Below are positions 1 to 10,604 of a DNA stretch of 64,000 nt, in pieces. The DNA is from Christensenella sp. UBA1428. GTDB lineage: Bacteria; Bacillota; Clostridia; Christensenellales; UBA1750. The notes under the pieces are model-generated. The model saw only the letters and a list, made by a program, of their open reading frames with translations, did no database searches and was not told the origin of the DNA. The stretch lies in contig DCTY01000072.1 in the NCBI GenBank assembly GCA_002329335.1, positions 23,305 to 87,304 on the forward strand. Reading direction: 5' to 3'. Within the stretch, counting starts at the first letter, position 1. The number at the start of each line of letters is the position of its first letter. A program made the translations under genes and the position numbers.

Positions 1-141
1 TCAACCCCTTTTGGCAAAAAATTTTCATTTTTTTGCCGCCGCAAGGATTCCCCGCCGCCCGGCAGAAATTTCTTTGCAAAATCCCTTTGACCCACGCGGC
101 TCTTCCGTCTTGCACAGGCGCATTAAAGCAGCGCCGCCTCG

Positions 142-543
142 TTATGCGTCCAATCCGTCGTCAAACAGCGGCGCAGCGCACTTGGGGCAGCGCGGTTCAG
201 CATCAGCCGCAAGGCTTTGCACATCATAGACAATCCGATACCCGCACTGCGGACATTCAAACTCCAGCAGCGCCTCCGCCTCGTCCTCATCCTCATCTGC
301 ATCAAAGCCTTCTTCAAATTCCGACTCGTCCTCGTCCCCACTGGTCAGATCCGCTAAAAATGCGTCCATATCCTCTACGATCTGCGCATACTCGTCAAAC
401 GCCCGCTCATTTTCCGAAAGCTGCTGCGCGATTTCCGTCATCACCGCTTCCATCGCCTGATAAAGCGCCCGGTACTGCTCGGACATCTGCGTCTGTCCGG
501 CAAGCGTTTTCATCGCTTCCAGCTTTTTTGCAATATCCGCCAT
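142..543 (-). CDS. small acidic protein with C-terminal zinc ribbon (function unknown; resembles the small family often found next to efp in Clostridia)
   Basis: 133-aa ORF with a helical N-half, a D/E-rich linker, then ECPQCG...RCPKCAAP (CxxC...CxxC). Confidence 0.6.
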   Translation of the reverse strand: MADIAKKLEAMKTLAGQTQMSEQYRALYQAMEAVMTEIAQQLSENERAFDEYAQIVEDMDAFLADLTSGDEDESEFEEGFDADEDEDEAEALLEFECPQCGYRIVYDVQSLAADAEPRCPKCAAPLFDDGLDA

Positions 544-610
544 TTTGCGTCCTCCTTTTTAAGATGCAAAAAGCGTGTCGAAAGCTTTTGCTCTCGGCAC
601 GCTCCGGTTT

Positions 611-1168
611 TTATGCACGCTCCATATATTCGCCGGTACGGGTATCCACACGGATGCTGTCGCCTGTATTGACAAAAATCGGCACATTGATGACATAACC
701 GGTTTCCAGCGTCGCAGGCTTGGTCACGTTGTTGGCGGTGTCGCCGCGCGCGCCGGGCTCAGTATGCGTCACTTCCAGCGTAACAAAGTTCGGCGCTTCC
801 ACAGAGAAGGGCGCGCCCTTGAAAAAGCGCATCGTTACATTGGAGTTTTCCTTCACAAAGCCGATGGCGTCTTCAACCTGCGCATAGTTCAGCGGAATCT
901 GCTCAAAGCTTTCAAGGTCCATGAAATAGTACAGTTCGCCATCGTTATAAAGATACTGGAATTCCTTGGTCTCAATGTGTGCGCGGGGGTATTTGTCATT
1001 GGGGTTAAACGTCCGCTCCAGCACCTGGCCGGTAATGACGTTTTTAATCTTGGTGCGCACGAACGCCGCGCCCTTACCGGGCTTGACATGCTGAAAATCC
1101 ACGATGCTCCATACGCCGTTGTCCATCTCGATGGTGTTGCCCTTGCGGAAATCGCCTGCAGAAACCAT
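611..1168 (-). CDS. efp: elongation factor P
   Basis: 185 aa. The N-terminus [18 protein letters not shown]...[18 protein letters not shown] is typical EF-P. GGAGG lies about 9 nt upstream of the ATG. Confidence 0.95.
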   Translation of the reverse strand: MVSAGDFRKGNTIEMDNGVWSIVDFQHVKPGKGAAFVRTKIKNVITGQVLERTFNPNDKYPRAHIETKEFQYLYNDGELYYFMDLESFEQIPLNYAQVEDAIGFVKENSNVTMRFFKGAPFSVEAPNFVTLEVTHTEPGARGDTANNVTKPATLETGYVINVPIFVNTGDSIRVDTRTGEYMERA

Positions 1169-1203
1169 AATCCATAACCTCCGTGGTAAATTAAATAAAA
1201 TTA

Positions 1204-2271
1204 TTAGCCAAGAACCAGCAGCTTCTTATCCGCATGGGACAAAACCTCGCAGCCGTCCTTCGTAACCAAAACAAGATCCTCGATGCGCACGCCGCCCTTG
1301 CCCGGCAGGTAAATGCCCGGCTCGACCGTAACGATCATCCCCGGCTCCAGCACCTGCTCAGAGGCCGCGGACAGACGCGGCTGCTCATGGATTTCAAGGC
1401 CGACGCCATGGCCGGTTGAATGGCCAAAACACGGACCATAGCCCATCTGGGCAATGTAGTCGCGCGCCGCCGCATCTGCCTGCGCACCGGTCACACCGGG
1501 GCGCACGGCATCCAGCCCGCGCAGATTCGCCTGAAGCACAATTTCATAAATCCGTTCAAGCTCCGGATCCACCTGTCCCACCGCAACGGTACGGGTAAAA
1601 TCCGAACAGTAGCCGCCAACCTTGCAGCCAATGTCAAAAGTAATCAGATCGCCCGGACGAATGGCGCGATTGCCCGCAATGGCATGCGGCAGCGACGAAT
1701 TCTCGCCGGAAGCGATAATCGGCGCAAAGGAAAAGCCCTGCGCGCCATGATCCAAAAAAAACTGATACAGCAGCGCCACCAGATTCAGCTCCGTCACACC
1801 GGGGCGAACCCTGGTAAGCAGATAGGCAAACGCATCATCGGTTAACCGGGCTGCCTGGCGGATCTGATCGATTTCCTGCGGCGCCTTGACTGCGCGAAGC
1901 TGCTGCAGATCAACCGGGCAGGACACAACATGAATACCGTCCAGCGCCTTTTCAAGCGCGGCAAACGCATCATGGGAAAGATGATCCGTCTCGCATGCCA
2001 GCGTCCGAATGTCCCTTTGGCGCAAAGCCTGCTCAATCCAGGCGTTTTGTCCCTTTCCCCGGACGGTTTCAAACACCTCAAACCCCGGCGCCTGCTGCTG
2101 CGCCTGCTCCACATAGCGGAAATCCGTAATGACCGCGCGCAAGCCCTCTGCCACCAGCACCGCGCCTTCCCCGGTAAAACCGCTTAAATACGTCATATTT
2201 TCCGGTCTGGTAAACAAACAGGCCATCGGCGCGCCAACCTGATCCAGCACGCGCTGCACTCTATCGAACAT
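1204..2271 (-). CDS. Xaa-Pro aminopeptidase / M24B family peptidase
   Basis: Has a creatinase-like N-domain and the M24 metal-binding region ([22 protein letters not shown]). The start was moved from 2325 to the internal ATG at 2271, which is preceded by GGAGG. Confidence 0.85.
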   Translation of the reverse strand: MFDRVQRVLDQVGAPMACLFTRPENMTYLSGFTGEGAVLVAEGLRAVITDFRYVEQAQQQAPGFEVFETVRGKGQNAWIEQALRQRDIRTLACETDHLSHDAFAALEKALDGIHVVSCPVDLQQLRAVKAPQEIDQIRQAARLTDDAFAYLLTRVRPGVTELNLVALLYQFFLDHGAQGFSFAPIIASGENSSLPHAIAGNRAIRPGDLITFDIGCKVGGYCSDFTRTVAVGQVDPELERIYEIVLQANLRGLDAVRPGVTGAQADAAARDYIAQMGYGPCFGHSTGHGVGLEIHEQPRLSAASEQVLEPGMIVTVEPGIYLPGKGGVRIEDLVLVTKDGCEVLSHADKKLLVLG

Positions 2272-2399
2272 CAGACGACACCTCCATCGACTTTTACCGC
2301 ACAAAAAAGCGCAGTTCTTAACCAAAACCGTCTGTTTTCTGTATTATACCAAAAAACAGGATACCGCGCAACCATTGACAGATCCGGGAGAAAAAATCC

Positions 2400-3056
2400 C
2401 TACAGCCCGAGCATGCCGATTGCTGCGCGCGCCGCAGCCTGCTGCGCGTTTTTCTTTGTGTTGCCTTCCCCGCTGCCCAGCTGTTTGCCCTCGACAAATA
2501 CCACCGCGGTAAAAACCCGCGCATGCGCCGGGCCGCTTTGCGCGATGATCTCATATTCCGGCGCGCCGTGCCCCTGCCCCTGGGTATATTCCTGCAGCTC
2601 CGTTTTAAAATCACGCCAGTCGTCCGGATCAATATTGTCCAGCACGCGGGCGACGACCTGCCTGGCCGCGTCAAACCCGCCGTCCAGATAGACGGCACCG
2701 ATAACCGATTCCACCGAATCGGCCAGAATGGACCTGCGCAGGCTGCCGCCGGAAAGCTGTTCGCCCCGGCCAAGGATCAGCGCCTCGTTGATATGCATCC
2801 GCATGGCTGCGGCATAGAGCGAACGCTCCTGCACCAAAAGCGCGCGGCGGCGCGTCATCACGCCCTCGTCCGCCTCAGTCATCGTCGCATACAGCCTTGT
2901 GCTGACGCAAAGCTGCAGCACCGCGTCGCCCAAAAACTCCAGCCGCTGATTATTAGGCGAACCAAAGGAAGGATGGGTCAGCGCCAATTTCAGCAGGGAA
3001 GCGTCCTTAAAAGAATAATTTAAACTTTCTTCAACCGCCTCTATCGCACCGCTCAT
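2400..3056 (-). CDS. rnc: ribonuclease III
   Basis: RNase III signature NQRLEFLGDAVL plus a C-terminal dsRBD-like region. Has a 4-nt overlap with acpP. Confidence 0.9.
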   Translation of the reverse strand: MSGAIEAVEESLNYSFKDASLLKLALTHPSFGSPNNQRLEFLGDAVLQLCVSTRLYATMTEADEGVMTRRRALLVQERSLYAAAMRMHINEALILGRGEQLSGGSLRRSILADSVESVIGAVYLDGGFDAARQVVARVLDNIDPDDWRDFKTELQEYTQGQGHGAPEYEIIAQSGPAHARVFTAVVFVEGKQLGSGEGNTKKNAQQAAARAAIGMLGL

Positions 3057-3280
3057 GCCCGGTTCGCCTCGATATACCGGACAATATCGCCCACAGTTTT
3101 TAAGGTTTCAAGCGCTTCATCGCTGATTTCGATGCCGAATTCGGACTCGCAGTCCATAATCATCGCCACAACGTCGATGGAATCGGCCTTCAGATCCTCC
3201 GTCAGGCGCGACTGCATGGTCACCTCGCTTACATCGACGCCCAGCTGAGCGGCGATCATCGCGGCAATTTTTTCATACAT
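3053..3280 (-). CDS. acpP: acyl carrier protein
   Basis: 75 aa and acidic, with the phosphopantetheine-attachment motif LKADSIDVV. Confidence 0.9.
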   Translation of the reverse strand: MYEKIAAMIAAQLGVDVSEVTMQSRLTEDLKADSIDVVAMIMDCESEFGIEISDEALETLKTVGDIVRYIEANRA

Positions 3281-3364
3281 GATAAAGACTTCCCTTCAAA
3301 AATAATTGACAGTTTTTTCTCCTTTGACAGGGCGCGCTGCAAAAAGCGCCCGTCTGCCCATTTC

Positions 3365-4363
3365 CTATGCATCCTGCGCAGCGGCAAGCTGACGGGTAAT
3401 GGCGCAAACAATGTCGCCTGCAACGGCCTGACGCGCCTGCGCGACAGCGCTGGCAATGGCTTTTGCGTTGGATGATCCATGCGCCTTGATCACCACGGCG
3501 CTGATGCCCAGCAGGGGCGCGCCGCCGTATTCGCTGTAATCCAGCCGTTTTTTAAACTGACGCAGCGCAGGCTTGAGCAGCACCGCGCCGATTTTTGCCC
3601 GAGTGCTGGACATAAAGGACTCTTTCATCATCGTCATCATGCTCTGCGCCAGGCCTTCGGTATGCTTTAAAATGAGATTGCCCGCAAAGCCGTCGCATAC
3701 CAGCACATCCGCGTCGCCGCTGAGCACATCGCGCGCTTCCGCGTTGCCGACAAACGAAACCGGCGCCTGCTGCATCAGCGGATAGGCGCTTTTGGTCAGT
3801 TCGTTGCCCTTTTCCGCCTCCGCGCCGATATTGATCAGCGCCACACGGGGTTTTTCAACGCCCATCACGCCCTGCATATAAACCGAACCCATCAGCGCAA
3901 AGCTGGTCAGATAGGAGGGTTTGCAGTCCACATTGGCGCCGCAGTCCAAAAGCAGCACCGGCGTCCCCTTGACCGTGGGCAGCGCCGTCGCCAGCGCCGG
4001 GCGCTCAATGCCGCGGATCCTGCCGATACGGAAAATCGCGCCGGCCAAAATCGCGCCGGTTGAACCGGCGGACAAAACGGCCTGCGCCTGTCCCTGCTTG
4101 ACCAGATCCATCGCCCGAACCAGCGAAGAATTCGTCTTGCGGCGAATGGCCATTGTCGGCGATTCATGATTGGTAATCACCTCGGGCGCATCGACAATTT
4201 CAATCCGCTGCGCATCCTGCGGCAAAAGCGCCTGAAGCTGCTCCTGACCGCCGCACAGCAAAATCCGGATATCGGCATGGGTCTTTACCGCGCTTAAGCA
4301 GCCGTCCACAACCGCCTGCGGCGCATGGTCGCCGCCCATCGCGTCCACTGCGATGGTAATCAT
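3365..4363 (-). CDS. plsX: phosphate acyltransferase PlsX
   Basis: ITIAVDAMGGDHAP N-terminus with conserved PlsX body, in plsX-acpP-rnc order. Start set to the ATG at 4363 (GAGGGG 6 nt upstream); the ORF extends to 4387. Confidence 0.9.
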   Translation of the reverse strand: MITIAVDAMGGDHAPQAVVDGCLSAVKTHADIRILLCGGQEQLQALLPQDAQRIEIVDAPEVITNHESPTMAIRRKTNSSLVRAMDLVKQGQAQAVLSAGSTGAILAGAIFRIGRIRGIERPALATALPTVKGTPVLLLDCGANVDCKPSYLTSFALMGSVYMQGVMGVEKPRVALINIGAEAEKGNELTKSAYPLMQQAPVSFVGNAEARDVLSGDADVLVCDGFAGNLILKHTEGLAQSMMTMMKESFMSSTRAKIGAVLLKPALRQFKKRLDYSEYGGAPLLGISAVVIKAHGSSNAKAIASAVAQARQAVAGDIVCAITRQLAAAQDA

Positions 4364-4732
4364 GTGCATCCCCTCTTTCAAATGCAATCCGCTTTCTGAT
4401 CACAATCATCTTATTTTAACAAATTCCCCTGCGCATTGCAAGAAAAAGCTTATAAGTTCCGCACAAAGGGTATGGTTGCGCGCAAGATTTCGATTTCCAC
4501 ATCTGCTTTGTTTCCCAGTGCAGATAAAAAGCCGCTTCTTTTGCCGGGCCGCCCATGCATTTTCACGTCAGGTTCACCAAACGCCGCCTTTTTTAGATAT
4601 CCCACCGCCAAAAGCACCCGTCTCAGGCACGCCGTCCGGCGACCGGGCCGGCTATCGCGCCGCCGTCTGCCTGCGAAGCAGCTTCCCACAGCGCAGCATC
4701 GGGCGTATCCGTCCGGATACGCCCGATTGCGC

Positions 4733-6784
4733 TTAGAAGATTCTAAATCCACAGATAAAGTGCGACGTCCAATAGTTGCTCTTCAGTACGCCGGTAGAGG
4801 TGACAACCTTGCCCTTACCGGAGGACGCATGGATCATCTGACCGTCGCCAAGATAAATGCCCACATGGCCATAGTTGGTGCCGGAAAAGACCATCACGTC
4901 GCCGCGCTTGAGGCTGCTCATGGAGCTGATGCGCTGGTATTTGGTGCATTCTGCCCAGCCCGCGCTGGTCATATACGACTGACTGACGCCTGCCTTGTTC
5001 AGGCAATAGTACACAAACCCGGAGCAGTCAAACGTCGTCGGGCCCTTGGTGCCAAAGACATAGGAGCATCCAAGCTTGCCCTGCGCCACCGAAATAAACG
5101 TATCGATTTTATTGGTCTGCGCCGTTGTCCCCGCGCCCGTGCTGCCGCTTGAGCCGGAGGAAGCGATCGCCTGGGAAGCGGTCAGCTTGCTCATGGTGAC
5201 CGGTCCGACCGTACCGTCTACGGCAATCTTATTATTTTTCTGGAAGGCCTTGACGGCTTCTTCCGTAATCGTGCCGAAATACCCGGTGACCGCATCCATA
5301 TAGCCCAGCCGTTTGAGGTATTTCTGCACGTTTTTCACGTCATCGCCGTTCATACCAAACTGCAGCGCGTTGCCCTTTGCCGACGAGGACTGCAATTTCT
5401 GAACCGTGGAATAGCCCAGGAAACCATCGGGAATCAAGCCGTGAATCTCCTGGAAGCGGGCAACCGCCTGCTTGGTATCCGTACCGTATTTGCCGTCCGG
5501 CGTGGTGGTCAGATACCCCAAATCCTTCAGACGCTGCTGATACAGCTTGATGGTTTTGCTTGAATCGGCGTATTTGGCGAAATTCGCCTGCGCACCGCTG
5601 CTGTACAGCTTTTCACGCGTCTGTCTGCCGACCTTGCCGTCCGCTGTCAGCTTGTTGTTTTTCTGAAACGCTTTTACCGCTTCCTCGGTTTTTTCACCGA
5701 AGTAGCCGGTAACCGTATCCAAATACCCCATCTCGCGCAGACGCGTCTGAAGCTCGGTAACGTCGCTGCCGCTGGCTTCCAGCATCACGGTGTAATGCTG
5801 GGCCTCCGGGCTGAACAGCGCCTGATACGTTTCCATGCCGACCATCCCGTCGATATCCAGCCCGTGCTGGCGCTGGAACAGCCGTACCGCCATTTCCGTT
5901 ACCGGGCCAAAATAGTCCGTCGGTTCGTCGTCTTCCATATAATACAACTCCATCAGCCTTTTTTGCAATTCCTGCACAAAAGGCGCATGAATGCCCTGGC
6001 GGATCACCATATTGGTCGGGTGCGGTTCCGGCGTCGGGGTCGGAACCGGCGTCGGGGTCGCTACAGGCGTCGGCGTCGGCGTTGCCACAGCGAATGTCGG
6101 CGCCGGCGTGATGGAAGCCGCCCGGGCCGCATCGGTACTTGCAGGCCCCCCCGTTCTGGCGCCGGAGATTAAAAATCCAATCGTCACACACAAAAGCACC
6201 AGCGCGCACAGCGGCGCAGCCACCGCGCAAACCGTCAGCACACGCCGCTTTGGCGGCATGGCAAAAAAGCGGCTGCGCGCCGACGCAAACCACCGCGCCA
6301 TTTTGGCGCCAAAGCCATCGGGCGCTTCCGGCTCAGGCGGCTGATACCCCTGGGCATACATCAGCTCCGCCGGGACTTTCTTGCCCCGGTGCGTGCGCGC
6401 ATACGCCGGCTTTTCCCGCCGAGGCGCAGCGCTGTGCGCCTGCGGCTGCTCCTGTGTCGGGCCGTCCTGGGCATGCATCAGCTCCGCCGGGATTTTTTTC
6501 CCGCGGCGCGACCGTACAAACGCCGGCTTCTCGGCGCGCCTCTGCTGCTTTTCCTGGGGCATACGCGCCTGCGCCGGCGGCTGCCCCGTCACCGGTTCCG
6601 GTATTTGCGCCGCGCCGTCCAGCGTCGGATCATCCATTGGCTCCTGCTCGGCTACCGCCAGGATTTCCTCCACCGCGCGCGCCTGCTCCTGCTGGGGCTG
6701 CGTTTCAGCGCGGGCGTCCTGCAAAGGCGCGCCGCCCTGTTCTTTCTTATCGTGATCGATCATAACTGCATCAATTCCATTCAA
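4733..6784 (-). CDS. cell-wall hydrolase: N-terminal repeat region, TM helix, Pro/Thr linker, about five peptidoglycan-binding (PG_binding_1-like) repeats, C-terminal NlpC/P60 (C40) peptidase
   Basis: Repeated ...LQxRLxxLGYL..VTGYFGxxTxxAVKAFQKNNKLxxDGxVG modules. The C-terminus has FDCSGFVYY...GHVGIYLGDGQMIHAS, consistent with the Cys/His of NlpC/P60. Confidence 0.8.
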   Translation of the reverse strand: MNGIDAVMIDHDKKEQGGAPLQDARAETQPQQEQARAVEEILAVAEQEPMDDPTLDGAAQIPEPVTGQPPAQARMPQEKQQRRAEKPAFVRSRRGKKIPAELMHAQDGPTQEQPQAHSAAPRREKPAYARTHRGKKVPAELMYAQGYQPPEPEAPDGFGAKMARWFASARSRFFAMPPKRRVLTVCAVAAPLCALVLLCVTIGFLISGARTGGPASTDAARAASITPAPTFAVATPTPTPVATPTPVPTPTPEPHPTNMVIRQGIHAPFVQELQKRLMELYYMEDDEPTDYFGPVTEMAVRLFQRQHGLDIDGMVGMETYQALFSPEAQHYTVMLEASGSDVTELQTRLREMGYLDTVTGYFGEKTEEAVKAFQKNNKLTADGKVGRQTREKLYSSGAQANFAKYADSSKTIKLYQQRLKDLGYLTTTPDGKYGTDTKQAVARFQEIHGLIPDGFLGYSTVQKLQSSSAKGNALQFGMNGDDVKNVQKYLKRLGYMDAVTGYFGTITEEAVKAFQKNNKIAVDGTVGPVTMSKLTASQAIASSGSSGSTGAGTTAQTNKIDTFISVAQGKLGCSYVFGTKGPTTFDCSGFVYYCLNKAGVSQSYMTSAGWAECTKYQRISSMSSLKRGDVMVFSGTNYGHVGIYLGDGQMIHASSGKGKVVTSTGVLKSNYWTSHFICGFRIF

Positions 6785-7025
6785 AGCTTATGGCATACGC
6801 CATCAATTTTAGTATTTTATCATACAATCCGCTGTTTGCGCAACCTTTTGCCCCTGCATGCCTCTATTGTGAAACGAATTGCAGCGTCCGTCTGTTCGAT
6901 AAAAAAAATGGCAGCGTTTCTTAATTATAGGATAAAAAAAGACACGCCCGTACAGGCGTGCCCCAACGCACCAAAACATGCGCCTGAAAAATATTAAAAA
7001 CGCGTCAAGCCGGGCCCGGCTTATG

Positions 7026-7844
7026 TCAAAACAGCTGCACCTGGGCGCCGCCGGGCACCTGCACAATGCGCTGTCCAACGCGCAGATACGCGCTTTGGCA
7101 GGAAGGATTGTATACGCAGCTGGAATCGGCAAAAAACGACAGCCGGCTGCATACCTGCATATATTCAACAATTTCCATATTGGTCGCATACCAGATATCC
7201 TCGCGCCCGCCCATCTGCGCGCAGAACTGTTCCATCAGCGCCCAATTGTTATCCTGATCAAACTCATAGCTGTGCCCCCACACATACATCAGATACAGAT
7301 ACTGCGATTTTTCAAGCGCGCAAAACGCCCTGCCCTTCTCCAGCAAATCCTGCTTGTGATGACAGGTAGGATCCCACCGCATGAAATCGCGCGGCATGGC
7401 AAAGCTGTGCGTGCTGGTCACCGTCCGGGCATAGCGAATGCCAAGATGCGACAGCAGCTGGCAGATTTCATCGGTATACGAACCGTTGGGATAGGACAGC
7501 CCGCGCACCGGATAGCCCATGGCCGCCTCCAGCGCCTTGCGGTCCATCAAAATCTCATCGGCAACCTGATTGAGCGGACAGCGGGCAATTGTCGGATGGG
7601 TATAGGTGTGACAGGAAACCTCGTGCCCCTGATAAAGCGTCTTGAACGCTTCTATCGGGATCCGCCGGCGGGATGAGGCGCTTTTTTCACCGCTGGCAAG
7701 CCCCGCATTGACATGAAAGGTGCCGCGGATCCCGTTGCGGTTGAAAATATCCACCAGGCGCCGGTCAAATTCCGTACCGTCGTCATAGCTCATGGTCAGG
7801 CATTTGAACTTTCCGCCCGGAAAACACTGGTATACGGTCTGCAT
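7026..7844 (-). CDS. polysaccharide deacetylase (NodB-homology / CE4 family)
   Basis: Motifs LTMSYDDG and CHTYTHP. Start set to the ATG at 7844, preceded by AAAGGAG. The longer ORF to 8141 overlaps the GntR gene and is Arg-rich. Confidence 0.8.
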   Translation of the reverse strand: MQTVYQCFPGGKFKCLTMSYDDGTEFDRRLVDIFNRNGIRGTFHVNAGLASGEKSASSRRRIPIEAFKTLYQGHEVSCHTYTHPTIARCPLNQVADEILMDRKALEAAMGYPVRGLSYPNGSYTDEICQLLSHLGIRYARTVTSTHSFAMPRDFMRWDPTCHHKQDLLEKGRAFCALEKSQYLYLMYVWGHSYEFDQDNNWALMEQFCAQMGGREDIWYATNMEIVEYMQVCSRLSFFADSSCVYNPSCQSAYLRVGQRIVQVPGGAQVQLF

Positions 7845-7969
7845 ATTCGATTTCTCCTTTTTGCGATTTTTCTTCGACCGTTTCATTATAAATCCGCGGC
7901 GCCGTTTTTTCAAGCCGTTTCCTTTTTTGACCGCTGTGCAGCAAAAAACGCAGTATTTTCCGTACGCTT

Positions 7970-8659
7970 TCAGGGCTTTTCGTGCATACGCAGCGCCTGC
8001 ACACCCATCCGGTTGGTATTTAAATGGGTAATCATGCCGTAGCGCGCCCCCGCCGCGTCCCGCCGCAGCAGCGCGTCGGTAATCCGGCGATGTTCCCGCC
8101 GGGTATCTTCCCGATAAATCCAGCCGGTTACGTCGATACAAAGCGCGATGGACGAATGAATCACCGGCAGCAGATTGGCCACCACGCGATTGCCGCAGGC
8201 CTGCGCAATGAGCCGATGAAACAGCATATCGCCCTGCGTATAGTCCTCCCCCGCGTCAATCTGTTTTTGTACGGCGCTGCATTGCGCGGCAATTTCTTTT
8301 AAATCCTGCGCCCCCGCATGCACAGCGGCCATCGCGGCAATTTCCGGCTCGATCATCAGGCGGATTTCCAGAAGATCCATCGCCTTGCCAATATCGTCCG
8401 GCAAAAAAAGCAGCCCCAACGGGTCCTCAGGCACGCCTTTTTTAGCGGAAACAAAGGTCCCCGCGCCCTGACGCACCGTCAGCACATTGCGCGACGCCAG
8501 CTGCTTGATCGCTTCGCGCACCGTGCTGCGCCCAACGCCCAACAACTGGGACAGCTGCGTTTCATTGGGCAGCCGATCTCCCGCGGCAAGATGATGGCTC
8601 AAAATATAGGCGATCAGATCCGTTTCTGCCTGTTCCACCCGGGATGGCATCACAAACAC
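7970..8659 (-). CDS. GntR/FadR-family transcriptional regulator
   Basis: N-terminal winged HTH (LPNETQLSQLLGVGRSTVREAIKQL) plus an FCD-like helical C-domain. Divergent from the dehydratase gene. Confidence 0.85.
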   Translation of the reverse strand: MFVMPSRVEQAETDLIAYILSHHLAAGDRLPNETQLSQLLGVGRSTVREAIKQLASRNVLTVRQGAGTFVSAKKGVPEDPLGLLFLPDDIGKAMDLLEIRLMIEPEIAAMAAVHAGAQDLKEIAAQCSAVQKQIDAGEDYTQGDMLFHRLIAQACGNRVVANLLPVIHSSIALCIDVTGWIYREDTRREHRRITDALLRRDAAGARYGMITHLNTNRMGVQALRMHEKP

Positions 8660-8796
8660 CTCAATTCATCAGACGATTTATAGGTATTGTATCATATATT
8701 GAAGCGCATAACAACATGCAAATTTCATCTTGACGAACCCTGTCGAACGTGATATGCTAGTGCGGACTTGAGCGCAGCAGGAGGTTTTACGCAAAA

Positions 8797-10512
8797 ATGA
8801 TCAGTCAAGACATTCGTAAGCTCGCCCCGGAAATGGATCCGCTGAAAATCGGCAGCGGTTGGACATCAGATGATTTGAGCAAGCCCCAAATCCTGGTAGA
8901 AAGCACGTTTGGCGACAGCCATCCCGGCAGCGTCCACCTTTTCGGACTGGTAGAACGCGCCGTTCGCGGCGTGAGCTTAAACGGCGGCAAAGCGGCGCGC
9001 TTTTTTGCCACGGATATCTGCGACGGCATGACGCAGGGCCACGACGGCATCAATTATTCCCTCGCGTCGCGCGAAACCATCTGCAATCTGATTGAAATTC
9101 ACGGCATGGCCACGCCCTTTGACGCCGGCGTATTTATTTCCAGCTGTGACAAAGCGGTTCCCGCACAGCTGATGGCCATCGGCCGGCTGAATCTGGCGTC
9201 GGTCGTCGTGCCCGGCGGCGTCATGGCCGCAGGTCCCAATTTGCTGACGCTGGAACAAATCGGCATGTACAACGCCATGTATCTGCGCGGTGAAATCACC
9301 GAAGCGGAACTGAACCAATACAAATGCTCCGCCTGCCCTTCCTGCGGCGCATGTTCGTTCATGGGCACAGCCTCCACCATGCAGGTCATGGCCGAGGCGC
9401 TTGGCCTTGCGCTGCCCGGCAGCGCGCTTTTGCCCGCTACCTGCGGCGATCTGCTGGAAGTAGCGCAGCGCGCCGGAAAGGTTGCGGTGGATCTTGCGCG
9501 CAGGGGCGTTCGGGCAAGGGATATCGTGACGGAAAAATCGCTTGAAAACGCGGTCAAGGTACACGCCGCCATTTCCGGTTCGAGCAACGCTATGCTGCAC
9601 CTGCCCGCCATCGCGCACGAATTCGGACTGTATATGGACGGCGATCTGTTCGACCAGCTCCATCGCGGCGCGCATTATATCGTCAACATCCGTCCCACCG
9701 GCTATTGGCCTGCGGAATACTTCTATTATGCCGGCGGCGTGCCGCGCGTTATGGAAGAAATCAAAAGCCAGCTGCATCTGGATGTGATGACCGTCACCGG
9801 CAAGACGCTGGGCGAAAACCTAGAAGATCTTAAAAAGAACGGCTATTACGAAAAGTGCGAAGAATATTTGAAAAAGACCGGCCTTTCCCGCACCGATATC
9901 ATCCGTCCGTTTGACAAACCGCTGGGCGATAACGGCACCATGGCCGTGCTCAAGGGCAATCTGGCGCCGATGGGCGCTGTCATCAAGCACAGCGCCGTGC
10001 CCAAGCCCATGCACAAGGCCGTCCTGCGCGCCCGTCCTTTTGACAGCGAAGAGGCCGCGCTGGAAGCGATTTTCCAAAACCAGATTCATCCCGGCGACGC
10101 AGTATTCATCCGCTATGAAGGCCCCAAGGGCAGCGGCATGCCGGAAATGTTCTATACGACCGAAGCGATCTCCTCCAACCCGGAGTTGGGTGCGTCTATC
10201 GCGCTTTTGACTGACGGCCGTTTCTCCGGCGCGTCCAAAGGTCCCGCCATTGGGCATATTTCCCCCGAGGCTGCGGACGGCGGCCCCATCGCGCTGGTCG
10301 AGCCGGACGATCTGATTGAAATTGACGTGGAAAAACGCCTGCTGGCCATTGTCGGCGTCAAGGGCGAACACAAAACGCCCGGGGAAATGGACGAAATCCT
10401 GCGCCAGCGCAAAGCCGCCTGGATCTCCAAGCCCTCGCGCTACACCCACGGCGTGCTCAAGCAGTTCACGATGCATGCCACCGCGCCCATTGCCGGTGCA
10501 TACATGGACTAA
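8797..10512 (+). CDS. IlvD/Edd-family dehydratase (dihydroxy-acid / sugar-acid dehydratase)
   Basis: 571 aa with family motifs CDGMTQGHDGI, SSCDKAVPAQ and TDGRFSGAS. The GntR neighbour suggests a sugar-acid substrate rather than ilvD proper. Confidence 0.8.
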   Translation: MISQDIRKLAPEMDPLKIGSGWTSDDLSKPQILVESTFGDSHPGSVHLFGLVERAVRGVSLNGGKAARFFATDICDGMTQGHDGINYSLASRETICNLIEIHGMATPFDAGVFISSCDKAVPAQLMAIGRLNLASVVVPGGVMAAGPNLLTLEQIGMYNAMYLRGEITEAELNQYKCSACPSCGACSFMGTASTMQVMAEALGLALPGSALLPATCGDLLEVAQRAGKVAVDLARRGVRARDIVTEKSLENAVKVHAAISGSSNAMLHLPAIAHEFGLYMDGDLFDQLHRGAHYIVNIRPTGYWPAEYFYYAGGVPRVMEEIKSQLHLDVMTVTGKTLGENLEDLKKNGYYEKCEEYLKKTGLSRTDIIRPFDKPLGDNGTMAVLKGNLAPMGAVIKHSAVPKPMHKAVLRARPFDSEEAALEAIFQNQIHPGDAVFIRYEGPKGSGMPEMFYTTEAISSNPELGASIALLTDGRFSGASKGPAIGHISPEAADGGPIALVEPDDLIEIDVEKRLLAIVGVKGEHKTPGEMDEILRQRKAAWISKPSRYTHGVLKQFTMHATAPIAGAYMD

Positions 10513-10561
10513 ACGCGCCGGAAAATCCGAATTTCATCCTGTCTCAGGTTCAAAAAAAGGC

Positions 10562-10604
10562 CCTCCCCTTGCAGCATTCAGGCATTCTGCAAGGGGAGGC
10601 TTTT
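10562..10604 (+). terminator. rho-independent terminator after the dehydratase gene
   Basis: 13-bp stem CCTCCCCTTGCAG / CTGCAAGGGGAGG with a 12-nt loop, followed by CTTTTG. Confidence 0.6.

Noticed and set aside
5990-6110. Short tandem GGCGTCGG/GGTCGG-like DNA repeats that could look like a repeat array
   Set aside because: They lie inside the NlpC/P60 gene and encode its Pro/Thr linker on the minus strand. The spacing is irregular and there is no repeat-spacer organisation, so this is not a CRISPR array.
7845-8141. N-terminal extension of the deacetylase ORF (371-aa version)
   Set aside because: The extension overlaps the 3' end of the GntR gene on the same strand and is Arg/Ala/Gly-rich. 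An internal ATG with AAAGGAG gives a normal NodB-domain protein.
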